A DNA stretch of 64,000 bases from positions 1-64,000 of the forward strand of contig JBFWMA010000006.1 of NCBI GenBank assembly GCA_050251875.1, given 5' to 3'. Origin of the DNA: Deferribacterales bacterium. Its GTDB lineage: Bacteria; Chrysiogenota; Deferribacteres; Deferribacterales; Geovibrionaceae. The position numbers were made by a program, and so were the translations under genes. Below are positions 10,055-18,917 of this stretch, piece by piece (positions within the stretch are counted from its first letter, which is position 1; each line of letters starts with the position of its first letter). The notes under the pieces were generated by a model. It searched no databases. It saw only the letters and a program-made list of their open reading frames with translations, and had not been told where the DNA came from.

Positions 10055-10185
10055 AACCACAGGATGTGGTTCGTGGAGTGAGTGAATACAAACTTGTTTG
10101 GATGAATGAACGGAACGTAAGCGGAATGAACGCTTTTGCGTGAATGGAGCGGTATCGGGACTTTCCCACGGAAGGGAAAGTCCCG
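10055..10185 (+). repeat. Multi-hairpin intergenic repeat family A, copy 2
   Basis: AACCAC-AGGAT-GTGGTT-CGTGGAGTGA...CGTAAGCGGAATGA...GGTAT-CGGGACTTTCCC-ACGGAA-GGGAAAGTCCCG. Confidence 0.8.
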
Positions 10186-10191
10186 CACAAC

Positions 10192-10827
10192 TTACTTAGT
10201 ACCGAAAAGCCTGTCGCCGGCATCGCCGAGACCGGGTACAATGTATCCGTTCTCGTTGAGCTTTTCGTCCAGCCCGGCGGCATATACTTTGATGTCGGGA
10301 TGCGCCTCGCAGAAGGTTTTTACGCCTTCAGGAGCGGCTATCAGACACATGAACTTGATATTCTTCACACCGACCTCTTTCAGCTTCTGAGCGGCATAGA
10401 CGGCTGAACCGCCTGTGGCGAGCATGGGGTCTATCAGGATAAAATCCCTGTCTTCGCTGTTTGCCGGAATCTTAAAGTAATAAGAAACGGGCTGAAGAGT
10501 TTCGTGGTCTCTGTAAAGACCGATATGCCCCACTCTGGCTGACGGAATGAGTTTTAGCACGCCGTCCACCATTCCGAGCCCTGCTCTGAGGATAGGCACG
10601 AGAACGACTTTCTTTCCGGAGACTATTTTCGTCTTTGTCTTGCAGATGGGAGTTTCTATCTCCACCTCTTCCAGAGGAAAATCTTTGGTGATCTCATACG
10701 CCATCAGCATAGCCACCTCGTCCACCAGCTCCTTAAATCCCTTTTTCGGGGTATTCAGGTCTCTGATGAATGTCAGTTTGTGCTCGATCAGCGGGTGTTT
10801 GATAACAGTAAAATTAGGATAATTCAT
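10192..10827 (-). CDS. upp: Uracil phosphoribosyltransferase
   Basis: [44 protein letters not shown]. Confidence 0.98.
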   Translation of the reverse strand: MNYPNFTVIKHPLIEHKLTFIRDLNTPKKGFKELVDEVAMLMAYEITKDFPLEEVEIETPICKTKTKIVSGKKVVLVPILRAGLGMVDGVLKLIPSARVGHIGLYRDHETLQPVSYYFKIPANSEDRDFILIDPMLATGGSAVYAAQKLKEVGVKNIKFMCLIAAPEGVKTFCEAHPDIKVYAAGLDEKLNENGYIVPGLGDAGDRLFGTK

Positions 10828-12056
10828 TATTTCTCTCTCGGCAGTATAAGGTTGAGAACCACGCCTACTATACCGGCAAGACCGATACCTCCGATAGCCA
10901 CGGAACCGAAGGAGATGGACAGGTTGCCTATACCTACAACGAGGATAACAGAAGCTATTATCAGGTTGCGGGATTTAGACATATCGACTCTCTCGCGGAC
11001 TATGGTGCCTATACCGATGGCGGCGATCATACCGAACAGCAGTATGAGGATTCCGCCCATAACAGGCACGGGGATGGTCTTCAGCACGGCGCCCAGCTTG
11101 CCCACGAAGGCAAGGATGATGGCGGTGAAGGCGGCGATTGTCATGTATACCACTTTAAATGATTTTGTCAGAGCCACAGCGCCTGTGACCTCTGAATAGG
11201 TTGTGTTGGGAGGACCGCCCAGAACAGAGGCGAGTGTTGTCGCCAGACCGTCTCCGAGGAGTGTTCTGTGCAGACCGGGTTCTTTTATAAAGTTTTTGCC
11301 TGTAACTCCTGATATAGCCAGCACATCACCCACATGCTCTATGGCGGGGGCGATGGCAACGGGAACTATATAAAGGATGGCGGCGATATCGAAAACGGGA
11401 AAAGCGTATGATCCGTTGTTCATCGCCTCTACCCACGGAATAGCCAGCCATTTCGCATCGGCGATAGGCTGAAAGCTGACCACGCCGAGAAACAGCGAAA
11501 GAACATAACCAACCACGATACCCATCAGGATGGGAACCAGGCTCAGAAGTTTTTTTCCGAATGTAACTGTGGATATAGCTGTCAGAAGAGACACAAGCGC
11601 TATGAACATAGCCTTGCCGTCATAGTTGCCGGAACCGTCGAAACTTTTTGCCATGTTTACAGCAACAGGAGCGAGGTTAAGCCCGATAACCATAATAACG
11701 GGTCCTGTAACTATAGCGGGAAGATATCTGTCGATGGACTCTACTCCCCCCACCTTAACCATTGCGCTGAAAATGATATAAGCAAGCCCCGCGCAGGCGA
11801 GACCGCCCAGTGTGGCTCCCACGCCGAAGTTTTTCATACCGTATGATATGGGGGCGATGAAAGCGAAAGAGCTCGCCAGAAAAACAGGCACCATTCTTTT
11901 GGTGATGAACTGGAACAGCAGAGTTCCCACGCCTGCGGTGAAAAGAGCGATAGAAGGGTCGAGCCCTGTCAGAAGCGGAACCAGAACCAGAGCGCCGAAT
12001 GCCACGAAGAGCATCTGAACGCCCAGAATCAGGGTTTTCAGCTTACTTTCTTCCAT
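10827..12056 (-). CDS. uraA: Uracil permease (NAT/NCS2 family)
   Basis: [38 protein letters not shown]; adjacent to upp; GGAGG SD before ATG 12056. Confidence 0.93.
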   Translation of the reverse strand: MEESKLKTLILGVQMLFVAFGALVLVPLLTGLDPSIALFTAGVGTLLFQFITKRMVPVFLASSFAFIAPISYGMKNFGVGATLGGLACAGLAYIIFSAMVKVGGVESIDRYLPAIVTGPVIMVIGLNLAPVAVNMAKSFDGSGNYDGKAMFIALVSLLTAISTVTFGKKLLSLVPILMGIVVGYVLSLFLGVVSFQPIADAKWLAIPWVEAMNNGSYAFPVFDIAAILYIVPVAIAPAIEHVGDVLAISGVTGKNFIKEPGLHRTLLGDGLATTLASVLGGPPNTTYSEVTGAVALTKSFKVVYMTIAAFTAIILAFVGKLGAVLKTIPVPVMGGILILLFGMIAAIGIGTIVRERVDMSKSRNLIIASVILVVGIGNLSISFGSVAIGGIGLAGIVGVVLNLILPREK

Positions 12057-12205
12057 AAAATAAAACCTCCGAAAGAATATACTTTTAACTCTAAAACAAA
12101 CAATCAAGTTTACATTGTTTCAGACAAGAAGTAAAGGTAAATAAGGTCTGATAAAGCACTCTAAATTAAGGCTAATTTTATCTTTTAAATTTTATGTTTC
12201 GGTTG

Positions 12206-12234
12206 TTGAAATACAGACAATTGAGTGCTAAAAT
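12206..12234 (+). promoter_or_regulatory. Sigma70-type promoter for the threonine aldolase gene
   Basis: TTGAAA-N17-TAAAAT with an extended -10 TG. Confidence 0.6.
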
Positions 12235-12255
12235 CATTTTTTTCACGAGGCACCC

Positions 12256-13257
12256 ATGAACACTTTATTTATCAGCGACAACACATCGCCTGCCGATCAC
12301 AGAATAATCAAGGCAATATCCGATGCTAACGAGGGATATGCCCTGTCTTACGGCAATGACAAATGGACAGAAGAAGCGGAGACTCTCTTTAAGAAGGAAT
12401 TCGGCGAAAATTCGCTCTATTTTCCGGTGCTCACCGGCACAGGAGCGAACATCACCGCCCTCGCCAGCGTTTTAAAACCCTTCCAAAGCGTCCTGTGCGC
12501 CTCCACCGCCCACATTAATGTCGATGAGTGCGGCGCTCCTGAAAGATTCACCGGAAGCAAGATAATCCCTATAGAAACAGAAAACGGAAAGCTGACCCCC
12601 GAAATGCTTTCAAAATATACACTCAACCCCGGGTTCGAGCACCACAGCCAGCCGGGAGTGATCTCGATAAGCCAGACCACAGAGACCGGAACGGCGTATT
12701 CGGAGATAGAGATTCTGGAACTGTCCGACTTTGCGAAGAAGCATAATATGATCCTCCATATAGACGGATCGAGAATAGCCAACGCCGCCGCCTTTCTGGG
12801 CGTGTCTCTGGGAGAGGCATGCAGAGGAGCGGATGTTCTCAGCTTCGGCGGGACTAAGAACGGGCTGGTTCTGGGCGAGGCGGTGGTTTTTCTGAACCCG
12901 GCGCTCGCGGCGGAAACAAAATATCACAGAAAACAGTTCGGTCAGCTCTATTCCAAGATGAGATATCTATCCGCTCAGTTCATCCCGTATCTGCGTGACG
13001 AAATATGGCACGAAAACGCATCAAAAGCCAACAGAGCTGCGTCTATGCTGGCAGACGGACTGATGAAAAAAAATATAAACATACATTATCCCGTGAACGG
13101 AAACGCGGTTTTTGCCGTTATCCCGCCGGATATTATTGAAAAGCTGTCGAAAAAATTCAGGTTTTATGTGTGGGACGAATCCGCATCCCTGTGCAGATTC
13201 ATGTGTCCCTACACCACGACCGCCCAGGACATAGAGGAACTGCTTAACTCATTTTGA
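12256..13257 (+). CDS. ltaE: Low-specificity L-threonine aldolase (PLP-dependent)
   Basis: FISDN, YGND, TGTGAN, AHINVDECGAPE, HIDGSRIANA, SFGGTKNG (PLP lysine), SKMRY. Confidence 0.88.
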   Translation: MNTLFISDNTSPADHRIIKAISDANEGYALSYGNDKWTEEAETLFKKEFGENSLYFPVLTGTGANITALASVLKPFQSVLCASTAHINVDECGAPERFTGSKIIPIETENGKLTPEMLSKYTLNPGFEHHSQPGVISISQTTETGTAYSEIEILELSDFAKKHNMILHIDGSRIANAAAFLGVSLGEACRGADVLSFGGTKNGLVLGEAVVFLNPALAAETKYHRKQFGQLYSKMRYLSAQFIPYLRDEIWHENASKANRAASMLADGLMKKNINIHYPVNGNAVFAVIPPDIIEKLSKKFRFYVWDESASLCRFMCPYTTTAQDIEELLNSF

Positions 13258-13354
13258 GCATTCGGCAATAAGATTAGCGCAAAAATATTTGTTTTGTTTT
13301 TGACCCTATTTTTATGTATAATTGGAATTTATCGCGATGTTCAAGGAGGTTCCT

Positions 13355-13516
13355 ATGTCTTCCAAAGGTGAAGAGGTTACAACATTAGAGGTTAAATGTC
13401 CTCTGTGCGACCATACCGAGATAGTCTACATACCTAAGGAAGAAATTCCGGACTGTCCTGTGCATAAGGTAAAGATGATAATAAAAGAGATCCTTGAAGA
13501 AGGAAAATCTTGCTAA
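13355..13516 (+). CDS. Small 53-aa zinc-ribbon-like protein (CxxC...CxxH)
   Basis: Strong SD AAGGAGG before ATG 13355; MSSKGEEVTTLEVKCPLCDHTEIVYIPKEEIPDCPVHKVKMIIKEILEEGKSC; its stop overlaps the SD of the next gene. Confidence 0.8.
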   Translation: MSSKGEEVTTLEVKCPLCDHTEIVYIPKEEIPDCPVHKVKMIIKEILEEGKSC

Positions 13517-13528
13517 GGAGGCATATAT

Positions 13529-14395
13529 ATGAAGAAAAGTATTGTATCCATGTTTTATGCCGTTGTGCTGATGCTGGCTTTCATGCTGGGCGGATGCGGC
13601 GGCGAAAAGAAAGAAGCGGCTCCCGCTGCCACTGCTGAACAGCCCGCTGCCGGCAGTATCTGGGAGCAGTCAACACTGAACAAAATCCTGAAAAGCGGCG
13701 TTCTGAGAGTTGGTATGGAAGCCGGCTACATGCCCTTCGAACTTAAGAACAAAAACGGCGAGATCGTTGGTTTCGATGTTGAGCTCGCTAAAATGATGGC
13801 AGAAGATATGGGCGTTAAGCTCGAGCTTGTAAACACAGCATGGGACGGTATCATCCCCGCTCTGCTTACAGACAAATTCGACATCATCATGTCCGGTATG
13901 ACTATCACTCCCCAGAGAAACCTTCAGGTTAACTTCTGTGAGCCCTACATTGTTGTAGGTCAGACAATCTTCATCAAAAAAGATCTGGAAGGCAAAGTAA
14001 AAAGCTATGCCGACCTGAACGACCCCAAATATACTATAGCTACAAAACTCGGCGTTACTGCTGACTATGCCTCTAAAAAATACATGGGCAAAGCAAACAT
14101 CAGACTGTTCGAAACAGAGCAGGAAGGCGCTATGGAAGTTCTGAACGGCAAAGCTGACGCTTTCGTTTACGACCTCCCCTACAACGCTATCTTCTTCGCA
14201 CAGAACAAAGATAAACTTGCTTTCCTCGATACACCCTTTACATTCGAGCCCCTCGCATGGGCCATCCGCAAAGGCGATCCCGACTTCTCTAACTTCCTGA
14301 ACAACTACCTCGCTCAGATCAAAGGCGACGGCAGATATCAGGCTGCATACGATAAATGGTTCGGATCAACAGAATGGCTGGCTGATATCCAGTAA
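13529..14395 (+). CDS. Polar amino acid ABC transporter substrate-binding lipoprotein (family 3)
   Basis: Lipobox LGGC, YMPFE, GFDVELA, WDGIIPAL, SGMTITPQR. Confidence 0.93.
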   Translation: MKKSIVSMFYAVVLMLAFMLGGCGGEKKEAAPAATAEQPAAGSIWEQSTLNKILKSGVLRVGMEAGYMPFELKNKNGEIVGFDVELAKMMAEDMGVKLELVNTAWDGIIPALLTDKFDIIMSGMTITPQRNLQVNFCEPYIVVGQTIFIKKDLEGKVKSYADLNDPKYTIATKLGVTADYASKKYMGKANIRLFETEQEGAMEVLNGKADAFVYDLPYNAIFFAQNKDKLAFLDTPFTFEPLAWAIRKGDPDFSNFLNNYLAQIKGDGRYQAAYDKWFGSTEWLADIQ

Positions 14396-14419
14396 AAAAA
14401 CACCGGGAGTGCTAGAAAA

Positions 14420-15367
14420 GTGACTGTAAAACACAAAAATTTCATCTGGAACGGTCTTCTGGTAATATTCCTCGTCAGTCTGGCGTTCGGAATATACGGA
14501 GCATCCGTTAAGGTTGACTACATATGGCGATGGGAGAGGCTGCCCAAGTATATCTTTTATACTGACAGCCAGATAACAAAAGCACCGATCGACGGAATGG
14601 TCAAAGTGGAGGGTAACAGAGTTACCATCACACCCGCGGACAGAGGCGAACCCGTCTCTCTCGATGGAATGAAGGGCGTCTCCGTGAAAAACGGCGACAC
14701 AGTCACGAAAGGCAGCACAATCGCTGTAAATAATAAGGTTAAAGCAGGTCCGCTGGTGGTGGGCCTGCTTACCACTCTCTACATATCTTTTTTCTCCATC
14801 ATCTTCGCTATCATATTGGGCATTGTGACGGGACTAGCCAGGATATCCGGCAACCCGTTCTTTAAAAAACTGGCTGTGCTCTATATCGAGCTCATCCGGG
14901 GCACCCCGCTTCTGGTTCAGATATTCATCTTCTATTTCTTCATAGGAACGATAATGAATCTGGACAGGGTCACAGCGGGCATAGCCGCTCTGGCGGTCTT
15001 CACCGGAGCATACATTGCCGAGATAGTGCGCGCGGGGATTCAGTCCATATCCCGTGGACAGATGGAGGCGGCACGAAGCCTTGGTATGAGCTATACACAG
15101 GCGATGGCTCTGGTCATTCTGCCTCAGGCTTTTAAACGTACCCTGCCCCCTATGGCGGGTCAGTTTATATCTCTTATCAAAGATTCGTCTCTGGTATCTG
15201 TCATCTCCATCACCGATCTTACAAAGGCGGGCAGAGAAGTGGTAGCGTCCACATTCAGCCCATTCGAGGTATGGTTCACCGTTGCGGCGCTGTATCTCAT
15301 CATGACATCCGGTCTGTCGTTCCTTGTCCAGCGTCTGGAAAAGCGAATGGCACAGCAGGACAGATAG
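14420..15367 (+). CDS. Polar amino acid ABC permease with an extra extracytoplasmic beta domain
   Basis: [29 protein letters not shown] (EAA loop), IKDSSL; about 60-aa insertion after TM1. Confidence 0.92.
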   Translation: MTVKHKNFIWNGLLVIFLVSLAFGIYGASVKVDYIWRWERLPKYIFYTDSQITKAPIDGMVKVEGNRVTITPADRGEPVSLDGMKGVSVKNGDTVTKGSTIAVNNKVKAGPLVVGLLTTLYISFFSIIFAIILGIVTGLARISGNPFFKKLAVLYIELIRGTPLLVQIFIFYFFIGTIMNLDRVTAGIAALAVFTGAYIAEIVRAGIQSISRGQMEAARSLGMSYTQAMALVILPQAFKRTLPPMAGQFISLIKDSSLVSVISITDLTKAGREVVASTFSPFEVWFTVAALYLIMTSGLSFLVQRLEKRMAQQDR

Positions 15368-15377
15368 GAGGAATGAC

Positions 15378-16103
15378 ATGATAAAAGCGGAAAACGTAAT
15401 AAAGATATATCCCAACGGTGTAAAGGCGCTGAAAGGCGTTTCTCTGGATGTTGCCAAGAGCGAGGTTCTGGTTATCATAGGACCCTCAGGCTCAGGCAAA
15501 TCGACCATGCTGCGCACTCTGAATCTTCTGGAAGAGGTTCAGGGCGGCGAGATTGAGATAGACGGTCAGTCGCTCACACACCCGAAAACAAATATAAACC
15601 ATCTGCGTGAGAACGTTGGCATGGTGTTCCAGTCGTTCAACCTTTTTCCCCACAAAACGGTGATAGAAAACATCACTCTGGCTCCTCTGAAAGTAAAAAA
15701 GATGAAAAAAGCCGAAGCGGAAAAAGTGGCGGAAGAACTTCTGAAGAAAGTAGGACTCTCTGACAAGAGAGACTGCTATCCCTCTCAGCTCTCCGGCGGA
15801 CAGCAGCAGAGGGTCGCCATTGCCCGTGCTCTGGCTATGAAACCGAAAGTGATGCTCTTTGACGAGCCCACATCCGCTCTGGATCCCGAGATGATCGGCG
15901 AGGTGCTGGATGTTATGAAGGCGCTGGCGAAAGAAGGCATGACAATGGTTGTGGTGACACACGAAATGGGCTTCGCCAGAGAGATGGCAGACAGAGTCAT
16001 CTTTATGGATGAAGGACAGAAGGTAGAGGAGGGAACTCCCGCCGATATGTTCAATCACCCGTCCAGCGACAGGCTGAAACTGTTCCTCAGCCAGGTGTTG
16101 TAG
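15378..16103 (+). CDS. Polar amino acid ABC ATPase (GlnQ-like)
   Basis: [51 protein letters not shown] before ATG 15378. Confidence 0.95.
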   Translation: MIKAENVIKIYPNGVKALKGVSLDVAKSEVLVIIGPSGSGKSTMLRTLNLLEEVQGGEIEIDGQSLTHPKTNINHLRENVGMVFQSFNLFPHKTVIENITLAPLKVKKMKKAEAEKVAEELLKKVGLSDKRDCYPSQLSGGQQQRVAIARALAMKPKVMLFDEPTSALDPEMIGEVLDVMKALAKEGMTMVVVTHEMGFAREMADRVIFMDEGQKVEEGTPADMFNHPSSDRLKLFLSQVL

Positions 16104-16106
16104 TCT

Positions 16107-16207
16107 AACTTCACGGATGAAGTTCGTGGAGTGAACGAAAACGTAAGTGGAGTGAGGCTTTACCGAAAGTAACGGTATCGCCAAAATTACAGGACGTAAT
16201 TTTGGTG
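16107..16207 (+). repeat. Multi-hairpin intergenic repeat family A, copy 3 (lacks one internal hairpin)
   Basis: AACTTC-ACGGAT-GAAGTT-CGTGGAGTGA-ACGAAAACGTAAGTGGAGTGA...GGTATCG-CCAAAATTAC-AGGAC-GTAATTTTGG. Confidence 0.78.
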
Positions 16208-16218
16208 TAAAATATAAT

Positions 16219-16246
16219 AAAAGGGGAGCAATGCTCCCCTTTTTTT
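16219..16246. terminator. Bidirectional Rho-independent terminator
   Basis: AAAAGGGGAGC-AAT-GCTCCCCTTTTTTT between convergent genes. Confidence 0.85.
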
Positions 16247-16937
16247 ATTCTGTACAGTAATCCACAAACCTTTCCAGCATGCTGTTCGCCTCAGGGGTAT
16301 CCTGAATGGACGACAGCACCTTGTCCACGTCTTTCAGTTTTTCTTTCTGAAAGATAGCGTATTCCCTGCTGATAATAGTATCGTATTCCGGGTGAAACTG
16401 AACACCCCAGGCGTTTTTGCCCACACGGAAAGCCTCCACTGGCTCATAGCTGTTGGATGCCAGCACCACAGCTTCCTCCGGCAGGGTCAGCACAGACTGG
16501 GTATGTGTCACATGCGCCATAAATTTTTTGGGCATTTTTTTGAATATCGGGTCGGTCTTCGCGTCATCCGTCAGAGTGACTTCCACCGTGCCTATCTCCG
16601 GTCCTTTCGGGTGGTTGCCCACCACTCCGCCCAGAGCGTGCGCCAGAAGCTGGTGTCCGTAACATACGCCGAAAACGGGAATTTCCGCCTCCACCGCTTT
16701 TTTCAGATATGCCGCCGTATCTTCGCTCCATCTGTGTCTGTCTGTCACCATCTCGTGGGCGCCTGTGACAAGTATACCGTCAAAATCAACAGTCTCCGGC
16801 AGAGAATGTTTCTGCACATCCACCACCTTAACCATCTGCCTCATGACACTCATAAACCGGATCATCCAGTCGTCAAAATCACCATAGTGACACGCCAGAT
16901 CTTTTATAGAACTGCCTGTCTTTAACAGCAGAAACAT
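16245..16937 (-). CDS. Class I glutamine amidotransferase-like protein
   Basis: GVCYGHQLLA (nucleophile Cys) and GVQFHPE (His-Glu). Confidence 0.9.
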   Translation of the reverse strand: MFLLLKTGSSIKDLACHYGDFDDWMIRFMSVMRQMVKVVDVQKHSLPETVDFDGILVTGAHEMVTDRHRWSEDTAAYLKKAVEAEIPVFGVCYGHQLLAHALGGVVGNHPKGPEIGTVEVTLTDDAKTDPIFKKMPKKFMAHVTHTQSVLTLPEEAVVLASNSYEPVEAFRVGKNAWGVQFHPEYDTIISREYAIFQKEKLKDVDKVLSSIQDTPEANSMLERFVDYCTE

Positions 16938-16939
16938 AT

Positions 16940-18802
16940 CTAGTCCTCCTTGGAAACGAGAGGACAGGCGATGGTAAACTCGGCTCCCTCATCAACATTG
17001 CGCACACTGATCTTGCCGTTCATATTGGATTCCACCAGATTTTTTGTCATGAAAAGCCCTATTCCGCTGCCGTTTTCACTCTTGGTGCTGAAATACTGCT
17101 GAAAAATTCTGCCTATCACGTCATCGGGGATTCCGCCTCCGGTGTCTGTCACAGTCACACAGAGCATATCATCGTCTATCCTGACTTCTATCTTTATAAT
17201 ACCTTTAAAATAAGCTACATTCTGGTCGTTCTCGATCATCTTTTCCCGCCTGAGAGCGATGGCGTCTCTGGCGTTGTTGAAAAGATTCAGCAGAACATGC
17301 TTGAACTCATTGGGATATCCCTTGATAAAAGCCTTTTCACCCACCTCGTCCGTCCACGATGTTCTGAAAGAGGTGTTATATTTCGCAAAGCTGAAATCGA
17401 ACAGACGTATAATCTCCTGCACCGCCTCGCATACGTTGAAAATCTCCGGCTTGGTGCTGGGTTTCAGAAAGTTTCTGAAATCCCTGTCCGTCTGTGCCAT
17501 GAAGGCTGTCTGTTCTTTTATATCTTTGATATATTTCCTGATCTCCAGAGAACACTCCCCGGAATCACACTCAAAATTAAGCATATCCGCCAGAAGAGAA
17601 ACAGAGCTGATGGGCTGTTTCCACTGATGCAGGATAGCCGAAAGCATCTCGCCCATAGTCACCATCTTCGCCTGCTGAGAGAAGAACTGTTCCTTGCTCC
17701 TAAGCTCCCTAACCTTCTCCTCCACCTTATGCTCCAGCATCAGATTGGCGTTGTGGATGCGTCTTCTGGAGCTGTCCAGAGCGGCTATTGCGGCCGTCAC
17801 AGACAGAGCGATCAGAGAAAAAAGGGCGTACAGCACATAAAAATATGTAGCTATCTTATCATATACCTCCGCAGGGTGATAGCTGACTATCGCCCCGGCG
17901 CTGGCGCCGTTTTCATCCCTCACGGGAATGAAGGTGAGGATATAAGCCTTTCCGTTGTATTTTGCCAGATATGAAGATGCCTTATCCTTTTTCAGAAGAT
18001 CCTCAATCTGAAAATCCATATCCCTCTTCATGATCTGATTGACATAAAAAGACAAATTGATATTCGGCTCTTCCAGCCGGCATTCATCGCACGAATCTAT
18101 CATATATTTGTCAGACAGCTTCTCAGCGGTGGTCGATCCGGATCCGGTGTTGAAATTTACAGGCATAATATATTTAAAATTGTAGCCATAGAGCAGATTC
18201 ATGGAGTTCACCAGCCCTTCTGTGCTGACAATGAGCTCCACAGCGCCCACATGCTCTTTTTCCGTATTTATAGGAAAGATATACCTGTATCCCAGCATAT
18301 ATCTGCCCATTTCGAAGCCTTCCACATATCTGTTGCGCTCGTTCGCCTCCGTCACCATGCCTCTGACGCTTCTCAGGCTGTCGCCGTATTCTGCGGGACG
18401 GCTCATGCGCAGAAAACTGGTGGAATCCGGAAAATGAAACTGAATCTCAGCCAGATTGACCGCCTTCAAAGTGTCGAACTCCGGCAGAACAAGCTGATAG
18501 AGACTGTTTCTGAGGCTGTTTCTCTCAGACGGGTCTTTGTATCCCGCTGTCATATATTCCTTTACCAGAGGGGTGTTCAGCCTTTTGTTAAAGACATCGG
18601 ATGTGATTTTTCTGAATGTTTTGATGGCGGAGTTGAAATAGTTCTGATCCAGAGCGGTCTGTTCATAAGTATACTCTCTGAATCTCTGCTCACGGACATT
18701 GAATACAGATATGGTTATAAACAGCTCTACCACAAGAAACATGAGAATATAAAAACCATACCTGCGCATTCGTACACTCCGAAATATCCCGCCCGCAGAC
18801 AT
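16940..18802 (-). CDS. Membrane sensor histidine kinase with a periplasmic double-Cache-like domain
   Basis: Two TMs flank FHFPDSTSFLRM...GFEMGR...YRYIFPI; H-box ILHQWKQP, N-box NLFNNARDA, DTGGGI, FSTK, GSGIGL. Start may be MRRYG. Confidence 0.9.
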   Translation of the reverse strand: MSAGGIFRSVRMRRYGFYILMFLVVELFITISVFNVREQRFREYTYEQTALDQNYFNSAIKTFRKITSDVFNKRLNTPLVKEYMTAGYKDPSERNSLRNSLYQLVLPEFDTLKAVNLAEIQFHFPDSTSFLRMSRPAEYGDSLRSVRGMVTEANERNRYVEGFEMGRYMLGYRYIFPINTEKEHVGAVELIVSTEGLVNSMNLLYGYNFKYIMPVNFNTGSGSTTAEKLSDKYMIDSCDECRLEEPNINLSFYVNQIMKRDMDFQIEDLLKKDKASSYLAKYNGKAYILTFIPVRDENGASAGAIVSYHPAEVYDKIATYFYVLYALFSLIALSVTAAIAALDSSRRRIHNANLMLEHKVEEKVRELRSKEQFFSQQAKMVTMGEMLSAILHQWKQPISSVSLLADMLNFECDSGECSLEIRKYIKDIKEQTAFMAQTDRDFRNFLKPSTKPEIFNVCEAVQEIIRLFDFSFAKYNTSFRTSWTDEVGEKAFIKGYPNEFKHVLLNLFNNARDAIALRREKMIENDQNVAYFKGIIKIEVRIDDDMLCVTVTDTGGGIPDDVIGRIFQQYFSTKSENGSGIGLFMTKNLVESNMNGKISVRNVDEGAEFTIACPLVSKED

Positions 18803-18865
18803 TATATATTCAAATTCTTTAAATTAGAACTTAAATAATATTAATTGCGTGATAACTCTGGGATT

Positions 18866-18897
18866 AATAAAGCGGGACACGCCAAAGCGCGCCCCGC
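18866..18897 (-). terminator. Probable terminator of acnA
   Basis: Minus strand GCGGGGCGCGC-TTTG-GCGTGTCCCGC-TTTATT; the mismatches are G-U pairs only on this strand. Confidence 0.6.
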
Positions 18898-18917
18898 CCG
18901 AAAGCATCTTTGTTTAT

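Noticed and set aside
9902..10185. Repeat region as a CRISPR array, and ORFs 10053-10283, 10136-10390, 10144-10407 as genes
   Set aside because: Units are inverted and divergent, with no direct repeat-spacer period and no cas genes; the ORFs overlap upp or the repeat and lack SD or motifs.
12153..12231. CIRCE-like half sites AAAGCACTC and GAGTGCTAA
   Set aside because: About 60 bp apart instead of 9; the right half overlaps an ordinary extended -10; flanking genes are not heat-shock genes.
12057..12255. PyrR attenuator upstream of uraA-upp
   Set aside because: No AGUCCAGAGAG-type binding loop or terminator/antiterminator visible.
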